From Cyanophora paradoxa CCMP329 (lineage: Eukaryota; Plantae; Glaucophyta): a DNA stretch of 64,000 nucleotides. This document shows positions 11,372-23,343 of the stretch, in pieces; the first letter of the stretch is position 1, and every line of letters starts with the position of its first letter. The notes beneath the pieces are model-generated. The model searched no databases and was not told where the DNA came from. It worked only from the letters and a program-made list of their open reading frames with translations. The translations under genes were made by a program, and so were the position numbers. The stretch covers positions 1 through 64,000 of the forward strand of contig QPMI01000157.1 in NCBI GenBank assembly GCA_004431415.1, written 5' to 3'.

Positions 11372-11382
11372 TGGGGGCTGCT
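11372..11382 (+). promoter_or_regulatory. Primer binding site, tRNA-Pro
   Basis: TGGGGGCTGCT, 3 nt after the LTR, is the reverse complement of AGCAGCCC+CCA, the 3' end of the tRNA-Pro at 28135-28206. Confidence 0.88.
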
Positions 11383-12464
11383 CAAACGCGAACGCTGGCT
11401 CTTCGAGCGAGCGAAGGGGCTAGCTATAGCCGAGCGAGCTTCGTCTCGCGTTCATTTCATGCGCATAGTCGCTGTGCCTTCAGAAGTCGCTGTGCGCTGA
11501 CCAGAACCGTTTCGCGCATTCGTCCAACCCCTTCCCGCTCGGCGCAACCTATCGCGGGTGAGCGGACGCTGTCGCCAGCGCCATCGCGCCTACGCGTTGC
11601 TAAAAGATGCGTATACATCCGGATCCCTTTGCGTTCCGTCCTGGGGTCGCGACTGGGGCTAGCGCTGGGCTCCGGACCCCGCGCGCATGCCGGCCGCCGG
11701 GCGCCACTCGCGACGACGTCGACGTCGCGGCCGCGGCCGGCGGCCGCGGGCTAGCCGGGCTAGTTCCGAGGCTCTAGATCTAGGCGCCTCGCGCGCGTCG
11801 CAGGGCTCAGGGCTGATCGCCGCTCGCTCGGCGCAGCGTCTGCACTGCAGACCGGGCCGTAGATCGGCGGCTCGTCGGCGCGGCGCGGAGCTGCACCTCG
11901 CGCAAGACCCGGATCCGCGGAGCGCCGCGGGCCGGATCCGGAGCGCCGGATCCGGAACCAGCTGCAGGGCGCGCGCCGGCATCCCGGCTGCGCGCCGGCG
12001 GACCTGCGGCCGGGAGCTCGAGCCTGCGAGCGCGTGCGCGCCGGTCGCGGGCGCGCGGCGCGTCGGCGGCGCGCGATCGGGGCCGCCGGGCCGGGGTCGC
12101 GGCGCGCTGGGCGTGTCGCGGCTCGCGCGCGGCGCGGCGGCGCACCCGCGGGGAGGCTGCGCGCGGCGCGGCCGCGGGAAGGCGGTCGACCGTCGACCGT
12201 GAGCGACTCTCGGCAAGAGCAGCCGGCGCTTCGCTGCGAGACCGAGCGCACTTAGCTCCAGTACTAGTGGAGCTAGTGCTGTTGCAAGTGAACTCTCAAC
12301 TCTCAAGCCTCGGAGGCTCGCACTCTAGTCTGCGACTGAACGGGCACGTGCACACGAGTCGACGTCTGAATAAAGTATTCGGAGTCGAGGGGCGCGCGGG
12401 CCTACACTAGTACTACGGCACGCGGTATCGAGCGGCGGGCGGACGTGTCTAGCTCAAGTTCTCC

Positions 12465-13646
12465 ATGGCTCCGAGTACACGGGGCAGGGGCGGAGGCCAA
12501 CGCGGCGGCCACGGGGCGGCTGGCCATGGAGCGCAAGTGCCTGATCCTGTGCCTGCACCAGCTCCGCCCCCGGCTCCAGTTGCACCACCGGTACCAGCTC
12601 CGGCGCCAGTTGTGGCCCCGGCAGCGGTAGCCGCTGCTACAGTCGAGAACACGTTGAAGAACGCACTGGACGCGTTAACTGGCAACCTGGACATGCAAGC
12701 ACGTCACCACGAACTGCGAGAATTCAAGAAGAAAATTCCTCCTTTGACTAATACGCGTACGGGTGTACTGTCGTGGGTCGAGTCGCTGGAACGTTAGCCA
12801 ATTTGTATCCGGCCTCCGACATACACAGAACCCGACAAGACGTTGGCAGAGCTTGCACTGTCTTCGCTGCAGCGCTCGACAAGTGACCCGGTGCATGGAT
12901 CCTTCTGGACGGCTGTGCTGGGTGTCATGAATACGAAGTCGGGCAACGGCGACTTGGACATGACGTCGTGGGCACAAATTCGTGAGCATCTGCTCGGCTT
13001 GGTGCCTGGCAACAAATTCGAGCTTCTGAAGAACACTATCAAGACGGCGGGACGTCGCTTCTCTGCGCTGGAAAATCCATCTGAACTGGATGCGCAAGCT
13101 TTTATAAATAATGTCGTTCTTCTTCGTCGTCTACTCCAGCTTCAAGATTCGTTCTCCGACGAGATGTTGATCGCGGAAATAATGTCGTCGGATTCGATCA
13201 CTTCACCGTCAATGATCAAGCTAACGAGTAAAATTCCGGAGGGCTCCAGAAATAATCTGGCGGAGTGGAGTCGCGAATTCTTCAGTCGAGTTCGGTCGCG
13301 CAACGCGCTCGAGATTCGATTGCAGCAAGCAAGGACTGGCAATTAATTTTCTACTGCAGCGGCAAGAGCTCCTGCTGCTCAACTTTCCGCCTTCCCTGAT
13401 CGTCATCGCCTCGAGGAGGACGACGTCGACGTCGACGAGCCCGACAGCAAGAAGCTGAAGTTAATTTCAAGTCAGGGCGGCGGACAACCTCGTTGGTGCG
13501 ATGAATGCAAGAGCGGTTCGCACAACACTGCCGTTTGCAGCAAGCGACTTCGGCGGGAGTTGGATCAGTTGCAAGTGCAATATTCAGCCTGTCAGCAGGA
13601 GCTCGAGAAATATCGGAGCTCCGGCAGTCTGGCGGGTGCGAAGTGA
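12465..13646 (+). pseudogene. gag: gag-like ORF with two in-frame stops and a C-terminal CCHC zinc knuckle
   Basis: One frame throughout, with TAG at 12795-12797, TAA at 13344-13346 and a final TGA at 13644-13646. WCDECKSGSHNTAVC fits Cx2Cx4Hx4C. Confidence 0.82.
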
Positions 13647-13687
13647 AAGTATACGCCATGGCGGTTCGGTCTCCGCCTGTGAAGCGA

Positions 13688-13862
13688 ATCGGCCTTGGGG
13701 AAAGGAGAGGCCCTTAGGTCTGTTGGTTTGATGTGACGGATTTCAAAATGCGAAATTCGGATAAATGAACAGACCTACTACCCCGTTTTCGACCCTGGGG
13801 AGCACGTTGGTGCGGCCCGTTTTCCTATGAGAGGCCTCTAATGGGCAGTAACAGCACGTCGA
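13688..13862 (+). repeat. Transposon-end-like repeat, copy 1 (inside the LTR element; AT-rich tract continues to ~14240)
   Basis: ATCGGCCTTGGGGAAAGGAGAGGCCCTTAGGTCTGT is an exact inverted copy of 15854-15889; patchy similarity continues for ~175 bp. Confidence 0.75.
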
Positions 13863-14883
13863 AAAGCACAGAAAAGCATTTTCCCGGAAAAAACTAGAAA
13901 GCGCAAATCACATTGGTCCTCCGATTTGTCCTCCAAGTCAAAATTTGAAAATTATTAATTTCGAGAGACTGCACCCCATTCGCTAGAAAATAGTTTCCAA
14001 ATTAACGAAGCGCCACGTGGCCGGCCAGCAAATTTGTACGAGTTAGGGTCGTTGTGTGCCACGAGGTGGGTTTTAAATATACTTGATGTGTTAGTTGAAA
14101 GATTATCAAAATAAACAATTAAGACAGAGCCTTATTACTGCGAATTACATTCGAATGATTCATAGATGATTATAATTAACCACAAAAAGCGCCGAAAGTC
14201 GTTTTCATTCAGCTGAGACGACCAATGGGCCCCTCGGGGCCTGTACTCGCGATCGGTACAATTGCGGCCGATTGGGCCCCGCATCGATATCTGTACCCTT
14301 GCAGCACAATTCTGTACCCTCTCACTTGAGTGTGTACCCTTGCCGAGTGGACCCCCCTATTTCTCCTCCCCCCTCCGGATCCGGGATCCCCCGTAACCGC
14401 GCGCGGTTGCGTATGCGATTTCGCGATCGTGATCGCGATTTCATATCCGATGATCGTTGAGTTTAGCTTGTACATGAGCTTCGAAAATATTTTCTGAGCT
14501 CTAGATGTGAAGCTTTAGTTATATTCTGCCAGTTTCTGATTTTCTCTGATTTAGGTAGTGCAGCCTTCGCGCTGCTAGATTTAGTGCAGCCTTCGTGCTG
14601 CTAGGGCCGTCAGGGCGTTAGAACGCCTAGGCCACTTTTCATTTATACACGTCTTTTGAATTTCGCACGCAGGCATTTCCGAGGTTCTCATATGTAGACG
14701 GCTTAGCTTTTGCAGCCTTCACTGTCGGATTGCTTATCCATATTTTCTGGCCTGGCCTCTTCGTGGTACTGAGGTTTCAGGTCCTGATTTACGTTTACAT
14801 ATGCTAGGCCTCGCATTTTGCTGCGACGAATGTCGCGGGCGGGGTAGCAGGCGCCGAGGACGGCTTTTCTCTGCTGCGACGAA

Positions 14884-15321
14884 TGTCGCGGGCGAAATCT
14901 TAGGCGGCTGCAGCCTTAGAGAATTTGCCGTTCGTAGAGACCCGGGTTCAATTCCGGCAGTTCGCTTCGGCGTACTTAGAGACTCGGGCTCGAATCCAGC
15001 GGCTCGCTTTTCATATGTCTGAGCCGTCTGACCGGATCATATGATCTGATCATGAGAGCTTCGGACGACAGCGTGAGGGCTTCAAGAGCCCGGCGCGTGC
15101 GTGTTTAGAGGGATTTTGTCATTCCCGGAGATCGGCCTAGTAGAGAGGCTAGAGTAGTGAAACTCTGTCGGATCACATCTACGAGTACTGTCATACTGCT
15201 GAACCTGCATCACGCTGGGGCCGGTCTCGCACTCACTGCAGGTCAGAGTCACTCCATAATCTGTTGTCTAGAATCCCGTGCCACCCCTAGGGCACCGGAA
15301 TGGGGGATTTCTAGCTCAACA
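14884..15321 (+). repeat. 3' LTR (438 bp)
   Basis: Near-identical to 10926-11368. Confidence 0.95.
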
Positions 15322-15714
15322 ACGGCGGCTGAACGGCATGCGCAGATGTGCGTGCTGCGGGGGCTGCCCCCGGCGGGCCTCACCGACATGGTCCGCGAGA
15401 CGGTCACGGACGCCAATCCGGAGCTTTCGTGCACGTCCGGATCCCGGATCCGAGTGCGATCGCGATCGGCCATGGAAGCGCGCGCGAGTTAGAGCTCTAT
15501 ATAGCTAGCCTCGGACGCGCGCGGCTCGGTCACGCACGTGCACGGCCGCGGTGACTCCAGCCTACCAGCCGTGACAGAGGCTTTTTGCAATTTCCATCGG
15601 CGAAGGGGAAGCAAGCTGGAACTTCGGAAGCCAATGACATTTGCGCTTGTCCGTGAATGGGGCGATTGAGCTTTTCGGCCAATGGCGATCGGGCTTCACG
15701 CGAACAATTTCGTT

Positions 15715-15889
15715 CGTACGTGCTGTTAGTGCTTGTTAGAGGTGTCACATTTGAAAAGTAGCGCCGCCATCGTGCTCCCTAGGGTCGAAAATGGGTACCT
15801 AGGTCTAAAAATTTTGTCTATAAAATCAATTTGAAGTTTGCCACAAGACGGGCACAGACCTAAGGGCCTCTCCTTTCCCCAAGGCCGAT
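15715..15889 (-). repeat. Transposon-end-like repeat, copy 2 (inverted)
   Basis: 36-bp exact inverted match plus shared blocks agaccta, ttttcgaccct.gggagcacg.tgg, cctctaa, taacagcacgt. Confidence 0.75.
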
Positions 15890-16567
15890 CAGCACTGGCC
15901 TATAGCTAGTAGCATGCAACTGGCCATGGGCCGCGAGGTCCGCGACGTCGACGTCGGCGTTCCGATCATCGGATCCGTGCCGGCGCTGGATCCCGAGCTT
16001 GAGTCCCAACCGACGGCGACCCACTCGCGGGACCAGTCGACGTCGGCGCACGCGTGCGATCCGCCGCCGTCACCGCGGAGCTCGAGCTAGCGCTCGCGAT
16101 CGAGCCTGCAGCTGGGCGCGCCGGGGTACAGCGCCTATAGCTAGCATATAGGAGCCTTCGTACGCGTGCACGTCCGATCGAGATCTAGACGTCTGACTCC
16201 GCAGCGTGCTCGTCGAGGATGCTGCCGCGAGCTAGCTAGCTTGGCCGCCGCGGCGCCGCGCGCTTCGCTCTGGCGATGGCCGCGTCCGCGGTACTTCGAT
16301 GTAGGAGATATCGCCGGCGTCGGGCCGGGCCCACGTGCAATCCGGAGCCTGGGCGCGCCGGGGTACAGCGCCTCGGAGCCTTCATGCACGTCTGAGAATC
16401 GGCAGCGTGCGCGTGCTCGTTAAGTATGCTGCAGTTGCCGCCCCCGTTAGCTGGCGCCTAGGCGAAGGCCGCCGCGTGCGCCGACCTTCAGCTCCTCCGA
16501 CCGGTTGGATCCACCTGGAGCTGGAAAGCCGAGAGGCCGGCCGTGAGCCCGGGCGAGCCGCTGAGGC

Positions 16568-19500
16568 ATGGCAGACGCGCCTGGCGAGCCGCGCGGGCGG
16601 CCGCTGGCGCTGCCTCCACTCACGGCTCGCTCGTCTGCCGAGCTTAGCGGACCGGCGGAGAGAGCGCCCGCGGAAGCTGGTGTAATTACTAGAGGCCAGC
16701 TGGTTGAATTCGAAGCGGCCCCCAGCGCGGCCACGCCGACGCCAGCTGCGCATGCCTTAGGATCCAGCACCGAGCCGGCGCCGGAAAGCCTGCAGCCGAA
16801 CGCGCTAGCTGGCGGCAGAGAAGGAGAGGAGGGTGCGAGGAAAGGCGCCGCAACGGGCGCCTTGTCCTCGTCTGCGGCCGCACTGGAGCCGGAGCTCGAA
16901 GCGGGGCGGCGGCCGGGGCGGGCGGGGACGAGCCGCTCGTTGTGGAGGCGGCGCCAGGCGGGGCGCGTGGAGGCGGAGATGGAGTCCCTCGCGACGAAGG
17001 CGCAGCAGCGCAGCGCCTTCCTCAGCTACTCCCGCTGCAACAAGGCGCGCGCTGGCCGGCTGCCGGGCCCTCCCCTCTGACCCTCTGACGGATCTCGAGC
17101 TGACGGCGGGGCGCGCCGGGCAGGAGTTCGCGGAGCGGCTGGTGGAAGCGCTGCGCGGGCAGTCCCTCTCCTGCTGGGCCGACTGGCAGGACATCCCCGC
17201 CACCGTCCGCCCCGCCCCGCCCAGGCCGGCGGGGCCGCCTCCGAGCCCTCGCGTCCGCGCGCATACGCAGGCGGACTGGCGGGCGGCCATACGAAGGGGG
17301 ATACAGGTCTCCGAGAACGTCATATTCCTCCTCACGCCGGTACCCCTGCCGCCTTCCGCCTTCCGCCCTTTGTCCCCTACCCACCGCCCCTCCGCTCCCC
17401 ATTTTTCTTGTACTTCTTGTACCCCAGCCGAGTTACCCCCAGCCGTCAAATTCTCCCGGTCCCCGCCGTCTCATACATCCGTTCTCGTACCCCTTAACCC
17501 CCAAAATGTCGCCGGCCCCCTCTGTCCCCCATCCTCATCTGTCCCCCATCCTCATCTGTCCCCCTCCTGTACCCCTGTTCCCCTCTCTCCCCCTCCCCCC
17601 CGCCGACCTCGAGCCCGCCTCAGGAGTGGACGGCGAGCGCGGAGTGCCGGCGCGAGCTCGCGGTGCGCCCCCCGGTCCCTCCCTCGCCCCGGCCCGCGAA
17701 AGGCCGCCGCCGGATTCGAACCCGCTTCTCCTCAGGCGGCGCTGGAGGAGGGGAAGCGGCTGGTACCCGTCCTGCACGCCCCCTGCGAGGGCGTACCGGA
17801 GGCCCTCCAGGCCATCAACTGGGTACCCCCTCCCGGTCCCTCGCAATGAAGCGTAGTACTAGTGGGGTATGGCGCGCTGCGGGGGCCTGATCATGAGGGG
17901 CCGGGGCCGGGGGCAGATCTACATGCGGGAGGGGGACGACTTCGAGGCGGGGGCGGCGAAGCTGGCCGCGGCGCTGCTCGCGGATGCCGCCTACGTCCGT
18001 GTCCTCACCCGCGCCACCGCCGCCTGCGCCCAGTGGCCCGCCCCCCGCCCCCGGCCCACCCCCAGCCCCGCCCACCGCTCCCCGCCCCCGCCTCACCCTT
18101 TCGGCCCTCGCGCGGGCGGCGGCGGGGCAGGGAGGGGGAGGGGGAGCCGGAGAGCCTGCTGATCGGGGACGACCGGGAGGTGGAGGCGGCGACGGCAGCG
18201 CTGCAGCAGTCGGCGGCCGACGAGCGCAAGCGCCCGCGGGCGACGCCGGCGGTGGTCCGCTACGTCGGCCTCAGCCGGCGGCGGGTGCGGGCGCGGGAGA
18301 AGCGGGTGCTGGCGGCGCTGGGCGCCCTGGCGGCGCTGGCGGCGCTCCTGGCGGCGGGGCCCTGGCCGCCCTCGTCTGGGCCCTCGTCAACCGCGCCCTC
18401 GCCGAGGAGGCCCGCGCCGAGGCCGCCGTGCGGCCCCGCCCCGCCCCCCGCCCCCGCCCCGACCTGCTTCGCGCCACACCTGCGAGCGCCTCTTCTCCCG
18501 CAGGCGGCGCTGGAGGCGCAGCTGGCGGCTGAGAGGGCGCGCAACTACACCGCCGCCGTCACCGAGGCCTCGTGCGCGCCGCCCGCCCGCCCCGCCCCCG
18601 ATCGCCCCGCGGCGCGCGCTCGAGCCGGGGCGCGAGCAGGGGGCTCGGGGCGACGGCTGCGTCGTACGGGGAGGCGTGGGCGGACATCGCGCTCGCGTAC
18701 GCCGTGGAGGCGCTGCGGGCGGCGCACGCCGTGAGCCCGCCCCACGCCGGCGTCCGCCGCAGCACGGCGAACACCCTCCGCTTCCTCCTCTCCCGCACCG
18801 GCGGCGCCTCGCTCCTGCGCCGCCGCCGCGTGGTGGCCGCCGCGTGCCCGGGGGCGCCGCTGGCGGGGCGGGCGATCCCGCAGCGCCTCTCTCTCGCCCC
18901 GGACGCCTCCGACCTCATGGTCCTCTACTCGGACGGCCCGCCCCCGCCCCCGCCCCCTCCACCCGACCCCGAGCCGCGAGCGCCGCTGAGCCGTCGGCGC
19001 AGGCGTGGTGATGCGGTGGCGGGGCCTGAACGCGCTGGCGGCAGCGCGCGAGTACGAGGCCCCGGGAGAGGTCGTCCTCTGCCCCCCCGCGGGGCGGCCC
19101 CCGACCCCCGCCGCCCTCCTATTCTCCGTCAGGTCCGCTCCCCCCCTTTCATTCCAGCTCGCACCTCTACGCGCTCAACAATAGCTAGCTCATGTTCTAG
19201 AGCTCGTGTTGAGCCCAGGACTCCCCGATCGGACCTTGCAGCTTCGTTATCGTTAGCTTCGCCCCCTGACCTGGACGCCTGTGCGGGGTACCGCTGACGG
19301 GGGCGGGGCGTGGGCAGCCCGGACCGGGGTCACTTCGTGGCCCTCACGTGCGTCACGGGCACCTGCCTCGACGACGGCGGCGGCACGCCCACCTCCTACT
19401 CCACCGTACCCCCCCTCCGCCCCCCCCCCCTCCCGGCGCCTCCGCCTGATCCCGGCCCTCCTCAGATGCACGTGGCGCTGGTGGACGCGCGCTCGAAGAG

Positions 19501-22500
19501 CATCGTGCGCCCCGCCGGCGCCCCGCGCAGCTCCGGATCCCGTCGCCGCGCCCCCGGCCCGGCCCTAGGCCTGCTCAGCAGCGCCCAGGTGGTGAGCCGC
19601 ACCATCCAGGGGCAGCCCGTCGGCTTTGCCTGGACGCACCGCGTGCGCCCCGGAGCCGCGCCGGCGCCCCTCTCCCCGAGCACCGAGCGCGGCGGGGGCG
19701 CGCGCAGGGCCAGCTGCTGATGCAGGACGCGGGGAAGCTGATGGCCTTCCCGCTGCCCCTCTCGGGCCCCGCCGTGGAGGCCGCCGAGGCCGCCGCGCCC
19801 CGCTCGCCCCGCGCCGCGCGCGCCACCATCTGGCCCTGCGCCGCCGGCTCGGTGCCCGCCCCCTCACACCCCAGAGGGCTTCCCGCGCAACGCTCCGCGG
19901 GGCGCAGCGGTTCATGACGGTGGCGCCGGGGCTGGGGCCCGGCGACCCCCTCGCCTTCCTCCTCCACGACGTCTCGCGGGCCGCCCCCGGGGAGCTCGAG
20001 GCGGCGGCGGGGCCCCTCGCCCGCTTCGCCGCCCTGCGCGTCGCCCCGCGCTGGGCCCTCCGCCTCTCCGACATCGCCTCCGCCGCCAGCGGTGCCCGCC
20101 CCGCGCCGCGCCCCAGAGGGACGACGCATGCGACGGGGGCCGGGGCGGGGCGGGGGCGGGCAGTGCGGCTGCGGGAGTCGGACTGCGGCGTGCTGGCGGT
20201 GGCGGTCCCCGGCGCCCTCCACTCGCTCCTCCTGGACCTCTCCGCCGGCCTCAACGGCACCGGCACCCTCCGCCACGACACGGCGCGCAGCGCTCATAGG
20301 CACTCCATTAAAATATATCGCGACGCGACGGCGCCCCGCAGTTCGCGCCGCGGGGCCGCAACTCGTTCACGCCGACGGCGCTCGCCTTCGGGCCCCACGG
20401 CGCCGGCGTGCCGCCCTACTTTGCCATGGGTCCGCCCATCGCTGCCGCCCGGCGGCGGCTCGTCTGAGGGGGGCGGGGGCGGGGCGCGCAGGGACGTCGG
20501 AGGGGGCGGCGGCGCTGCTGGCGGTGGACGCGAGCGGGGCCGGCCCCGCGCTCGCCGCCGCCTCCGCCGCGCGCCTCCCCAACGCCCACACGTACGACGC
20601 CAGCGAGGCGCGCCCCGAGCTCCTCCCGCCCCACTCGCATCCCCGCCACCCCCGCTCACTCCCCGGGGGTGCGTGTAACTGCACAGGTGGTGAACCTTCT
20701 GGCCTTCCCCTCCCCCGACTTCCTGTACGCCGCCGACCAGGCCGGCATTGTCACGGGCGCGCCGTTCCCCCTCCTACACCCCCTTGCAGCGCGATCTGAG
20801 CGGGGGCCGCGGGGGCAGCGCACGACTCGGAGGAGCCCTTCAACCCGGGGCTCGAGGGGCTCCCCTCCCGCCTCCTCCGCCACGCCAAGCGCCTCACCGA
20901 CATGGCGCGCGCGTACCCCCTCCCCCCTTCCCCCTCCCCTTCCCCCCCTCCTCCCCCCTCCCCCCAGCTGAACGCGTCGGGTCGGGCAGGCGGCGGATGC
21001 GGCGGGGGACTTCTTGGCGACGGCCGGCTCGGACGGGGCGGTCGGCCTCTGGCGCACGCGCGAGGCGTCGCGCGCGGGGCCGGCCCCCGCCGAGGGCCGC
21101 CGCTTCTTCCTCACCCTCGGGGAGCCCCTCCTCCTCCTCCACAAGTTCGATGCCGAGGCGCGCCCCCTCCGCATCCTGCTCCACAGCCTTTATCATTTTC
21201 TCTTCGCTGCTCGTTCCTCACGGGGCGGGGGCGCGGCAGCTGCGGGGGGCGGCGTCGGTCTTCTTCGCGCGGGAGGACGCGTGGCTCGTCGCGACGGCCA
21301 ACGAGGCGGCGCACGCTTTCGACATGGCCGCCGCCCGCGCCACCTTCGTCCGCCCCGCCGCCCCGCCGCCCCGGCCCCCGCCGCCCCGCCGCCCCGCCGC
21401 CCCGCCCTCTCCGCACGCCTCGCCTGATGGAGGGCGGGGGCGGGCAGGAGCGGGAGGGGACGAACCTGCTGCAGGCCCCCGCCTTCGCGCTGGGGGAGGC
21501 CTGCGCCCCCGGGGCCCTCCGCTGGCTCGCCCCGCACCCCGCACCCTCCCTCGGCGTCCTTGCCACCTGGCCCGCCCCGCCCCGCCCGCCCCGCCCCGCC
21601 CCGCCCCGCCCCGCCCGCCCGCCCCGCCCGCCCCGCCCGAGCGCGAGCGCGCGCCGCTTCGGAGTCTCACGCGCGCGGCCGCCGGCGCAGGTGCGCCTCG
21701 GCCGGCTCGACCTCCGGGGTCTCGCTCTTCGCCCTGCCGCCGCCGGGCTCGCCGGCCGCCCTCGCCGCCGCGGCAGCCGGGGCGCTGCGGCCGGCGGCGA
21801 CGCTGGGGGCGGGGGACGGCGCGGGGACCCCTCCGTCGAGTCCGTCTGCTTCCTCCGCAACGGCCGCGCCCTCCTCGTGGGCCGTGCGCGCGCCCCCCTC
21901 CCCGCCCGCACCGCGCCTCCCACGCGCACCGCGCAGCGCTCCTGTTCGAGCTGGAGGGGCGAGCGGGCTGCCGGCCTCGGGGGCCCCCGCCCCCGCGCTG
22001 GACCTGCGGGCGGCGTACGCGGCGGCGGCGGGGCGGCTCGGCCTGCCGCCCCTCGCCCCGCCCTTCCTCGGCTCCGCCGCCTCCCCCGACGGCCGCCTCC
22101 TCTCCCTCGCCGACTCCGAGGCCCGCCCGCGCCCCCGCCCCGTCCTTCTCTCGGAGTCCGCGCCTTCTGAGGGGCGGGGCGCAGGGGACGCTGGCGGTGT
22201 TCCGGGTGGAGGCGGGGGCGGCGGGCGGGGCGGCGCTGGTCCTGCGCGTGCCCCAGCTCGATGCCTTCTACCGCTCCCCCGCCGTCCTCGCCGCCTTCTC
22301 CGCGGGCCTCCTCGCCGTGCACGCCCCGCCGCTGCGCGCCGCCGCCGACGGCGCCGCCCTCTTCCTCTGGCGCACAGGCTCCCTCCTCAACGCCACCGGC
22401 CCGCCCGCCCCCGCCCCCTCCTGCCCGCCCCCTGCCGCTGAGGGCGAGGGGGCGGGCAGGGCTTCTGACGGAGCCCGAGCTGACGATGCGGCGGCGGCCC

Positions 22501-23343
22501 GAGTGCCCCGCCGTCAAGGCCGCCGCCTTCAGCCCCGACGGCAGGGCGCGCCCCGCCGCCTCGGCGCTAGCTGCCGGCTGACAGGGTCCCGGCGCGCCGC
22601 AGTGGCTGGTGACGGACGACGCGGCGGGGCGCCCGTGCCTCTTCCTCGCCGCCCCGGCGGGCGCCCCGGACGGCTGGCCCGTGTGGAGCTCGGCGGCCGT
22701 CGGGCACCTCTCCTGGGGCTCCCAGTTCGCCAAGTTCAGCCCGGACTCCCGCCACGTCCTCATCGAGTGCGCATGCGCGCCCTCCCGCCCCTCCCCCGCC
22801 CCCTCTGCTTTGCGCCCTTTTCATCAAGCTTCCTGTGCTTGAATGAAGATCTCACGCTTCCTCCCTCGAACTGATCGCTACCCCTCGAGCTGATCGCGCG
22901 CACACCGCGGGGCCGGGCGCAGGTCGGTGGTGGTGGCCGGGGCGATGCGCTTCGTGCTCGACTCCGCGGGCTCCCCCGTCGAGGAGCCCTGGCTCTACTA
23001 CACCGCCCCCGACGTCCGCGGCGGGGCCCACAGCGCCGACGGCGCCGCCGTCGCCGTGCTCTCGGCGCGGGACCGGACGCTGCGGGTGCACGCGACCGGG
23101 GTGGCGGCGCTGGCGCGGCGCGCGTGCGCGATGACGCGGCGGCCCGTCGCCGACGCCGACCTCGAGGCCCTCTCCGTCGCCGTGCGCCCCGCCCGCCCCG
23201 CGCCGCCTCTCGGGCCGGGCCCTGACCGCCGGCCGCCCGTCGGGCAGGGCACCGGGGCCGGCGACCTGGACGAGGGGCCCTCGAGCGCGAGCGCGACCTC
23301 TGCAGCGTGCCCCGTGGGGCCCTGGATCGACTCCGTCCCCTAG
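16568..23343 (+). CDS. TIR_2 domain - transmembrane helix - WD40-like repeat protein
   Basis: Spliced TIR: SAFLSYSRCNK/EFAERLVEALRGQSLSCWADWQDIPAT/ADWRAAIRRGIQVSENVIFLLTP/EWTASAECRRELA/AALEEGKRLVPV...LQAINW/IYMREGDDF. Then a hydrophobic stretch VLAALGALAALAALL, and WD-like motifs LATAGSDGAVGLW, SPDGRLL, FSPDG, FSPDSRHV. Confidence 0.8.

Larger units (their letters stand above)
10926..15321 (+). mobile_element. Non-autonomous gag-only LTR retrotransposon, 4.4 kb, 4-bp TSD ACGG
   Basis: TG...CA LTRs at 10926-11368 and 14884-15321; ACGG at 10922-10925 and 15322-15325; PBS; gag with a CCHC knuckle; no protease, RT or integrase seen. Confidence 0.93.
10076..15473 (-). pseudogene. zf-MYND protein gene interrupted by the LTR element
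   Basis: GCHCCGF (~10715-10735) and CSGCGQVQYCGEACRRSHWSMHK (~10203-10271) form a MYND finger. Removing the element and one TSD restores RRDVGSFTLVTFRDLESAC. A probable first exon (MADRDRTR...) lies at ~15384-15473. Confidence 0.7.

Noticed and set aside
12465-13646. TAA/TAG reassigned to Gln in the host
   Set aside because: IFT52 ends at TAG and conserved host genes show no in-frame TAA or TAG.
13688-15889. A single DNA transposon inserted as one unit
   Set aside because: It would contain only one LTR of an element whose TSD and flanking gene are continuous; two insertions are more parsimonious.
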